This document shows positions 62,543-64,000 of a stretch of 64,000 nt of DNA, piece by piece. A program made the translations under genes and the position numbers. Source of the stretch: Octopus sinensis. Its lineage: Eukaryota. A model generated the notes under the pieces. It saw only the letters and a list, made by a program, of their open reading frames with translations, did not search any database and was not told the origin of the DNA. Numbering within the stretch: position 1 is the first letter of the stretch; every line of letters starts with the position of its first letter. The stretch is taken from positions 60,760,001-60,824,000 of the forward strand of contig NC_042998.1 in the NCBI RefSeq assembly GCF_006345805.1, written 5' to 3'.

Positions 62543-63166
62543 AACCAAATAGTGGCAGTTGGGGAACAAAATCATAAGAAAAATATCTGCTGCTTTTGTA
62601 GCAATAGTTTGAGACTTTATCTATGATGGAGGCTGGTTTCTTCATTGGGAGCAGTTCATGTAATTTAAATGAGTTTAATGCCATTACAATTAGCTTAATG
62701 TATAAATCCCATTTTACCAACTTGCCTGAGATCACCTTTGGTTCTTTGAAAAAAAAAAAACAAAACAAAAAAAAACCTTTGTTTTAAAGTGGTCTAAATT
62801 AAAACCTTCCAAAAACATTTCATGTTGATATATTTTCCAGCACCATCTTAACCCCGATAATCTATTAATAAATTCTTCAGTATTTTCAAAACTGAAACAA
62901 AGGTAATGTATTTCAATCAAAATAGAGCAACAGTTTTCTCTCTTTCCTGTAAATCTGAAGCCATCTGTCAACTTCTATGAGGGATATGGAGAAAATGTTT
63001 CCTATTTTTGCTGTGTTTTTAACATTAAAATTTTATCTTTTAGATCAGAAATAAATCTATAATCATTTATTGATTAACAGTAATTAAAAGGACATTGAAT
63101 TTTTCTTTCAATTCCTTATAGAATTTGTGCTAATAGTTCTTAATTATTGATATTTGTATCAGAAAT

Positions 63167-63350
63167 AAGGTGTTGAGCTGGCAGAATCATTAACACACCC
63201 GGCAAAATGCTTAGTAGCATTCCGTCTGTCTTCATGTTCTGAGTTCAAATTCCATCGCGGTTGACTTTGACTTTCCTCCTTTCAAGGTTGATAAAGTGAG
63301 TACCCACCACCCCTGAAATTGCTGGCCTTGTGCCATAATTTGAAATAATT
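63167..63350 (+). mobile_element. SINE family D (first of three adjacent copies or fragments to about 63750)
   Basis: GAGCTGGCAGAATCATTAACAC...GAGTTCAAATTCC...GGCCTTGTGCC as at 57806. Confidence 0.7.
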
Positions 63351-64000
63351 GTTTTTCATCTTTACAGTCAGAGTTCAAATCCTACCAAGGTCAACGTTAT
63401 TTTCAGAGTTGATAAAATAAAGTACCAGTCAATCACTGGTGTTAATGTAATCAGCTAAACTCTACCCCCAAAATTCAGGTCTATGCTAGCAAATAAGTTG
63501 TGCCTGTGTTAAGAATTGTTATAATGAAATCAATATTATTCTTGTTGAGATGGGCAGAATGGTTGGAGTATTGGACAAAATAGCTTGTGGTGTTTGTTCT
63601 GCCTTTTTACATTCTCAGTTCAAATCCTGCCATGGACAATTTTGTCTTTCATCCCTTCCGGTTTGATAAAGTACTGCTCATGTACTGTTGTTGATTTTAC
63701 CAACTAACCTCCTCTGCCTAAATTTCAAATCCTATGTGTATGTTGGAATCAATTATTAATATAAAGAATTATTAAATTTTACACCCCACCAGTGTCAGTT
63801 TACCTGTCATTCTTCTGGAGTTTTATAAAATTTGTATCAAATGTATTAATTCAGTCAATTATACTCTCAATCTCTCCCCCATGTAGGGTCTTATATCAAA
63901 TTTAGAAACAATATCAACAACTAAATTTTCCTAAGGTCTATTTTTGCCTTTCATCTTCCTGGAGTCAATAAAATAAGTACTGGTTATATACTGTTGTTAT

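Noticed and set aside
62457-62971. Minus-strand ORFs of 79 and 103 aa
   Set aside because: Low-complexity AT-rich frames antisense to the putative terminal exon/3' UTR; no motifs.

Overview
AT-rich, repeat-dense eukaryotic DNA. The SINE/RTE/microsatellite repertoire looks like a cephalopod (Octopus-like) genome; this is inference, with no database search. No intact transposon ORF and no CRISPR array are present. Recognisable content: many tRNA-derived SINEs and RTE 3' tails, two 5'-truncated RTE LINEs, a complete but dead mariner (40772-42019), MITEs of several DNA-transposon types, Penelope-like elements (PLEs) of two lineages with hammerhead-ribozyme (HHR) motifs, and a phase-compatible chain of five small + strand exons (46.3-62.5 kb) from an unidentified host gene. 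The most unusual region is 1.6-7.6 kb. It holds an intact type I HHR (1901-1945) in a tail-out inverted repeat pair, a half U6 snRNA, and a ~545-bp concatemer. The inverted arm of the concatemer is exactly four monomers, broken at the symmetry axis of an 11-bp inverted-repeat pair. The second highlight is the 36.6-39.5 kb PLE: it has a tRNA-like Pol III head upstream of its HHR, a twin-priming-type 5' inversion, and an 11-bp target-site duplication (TSD) inside a split SINE.
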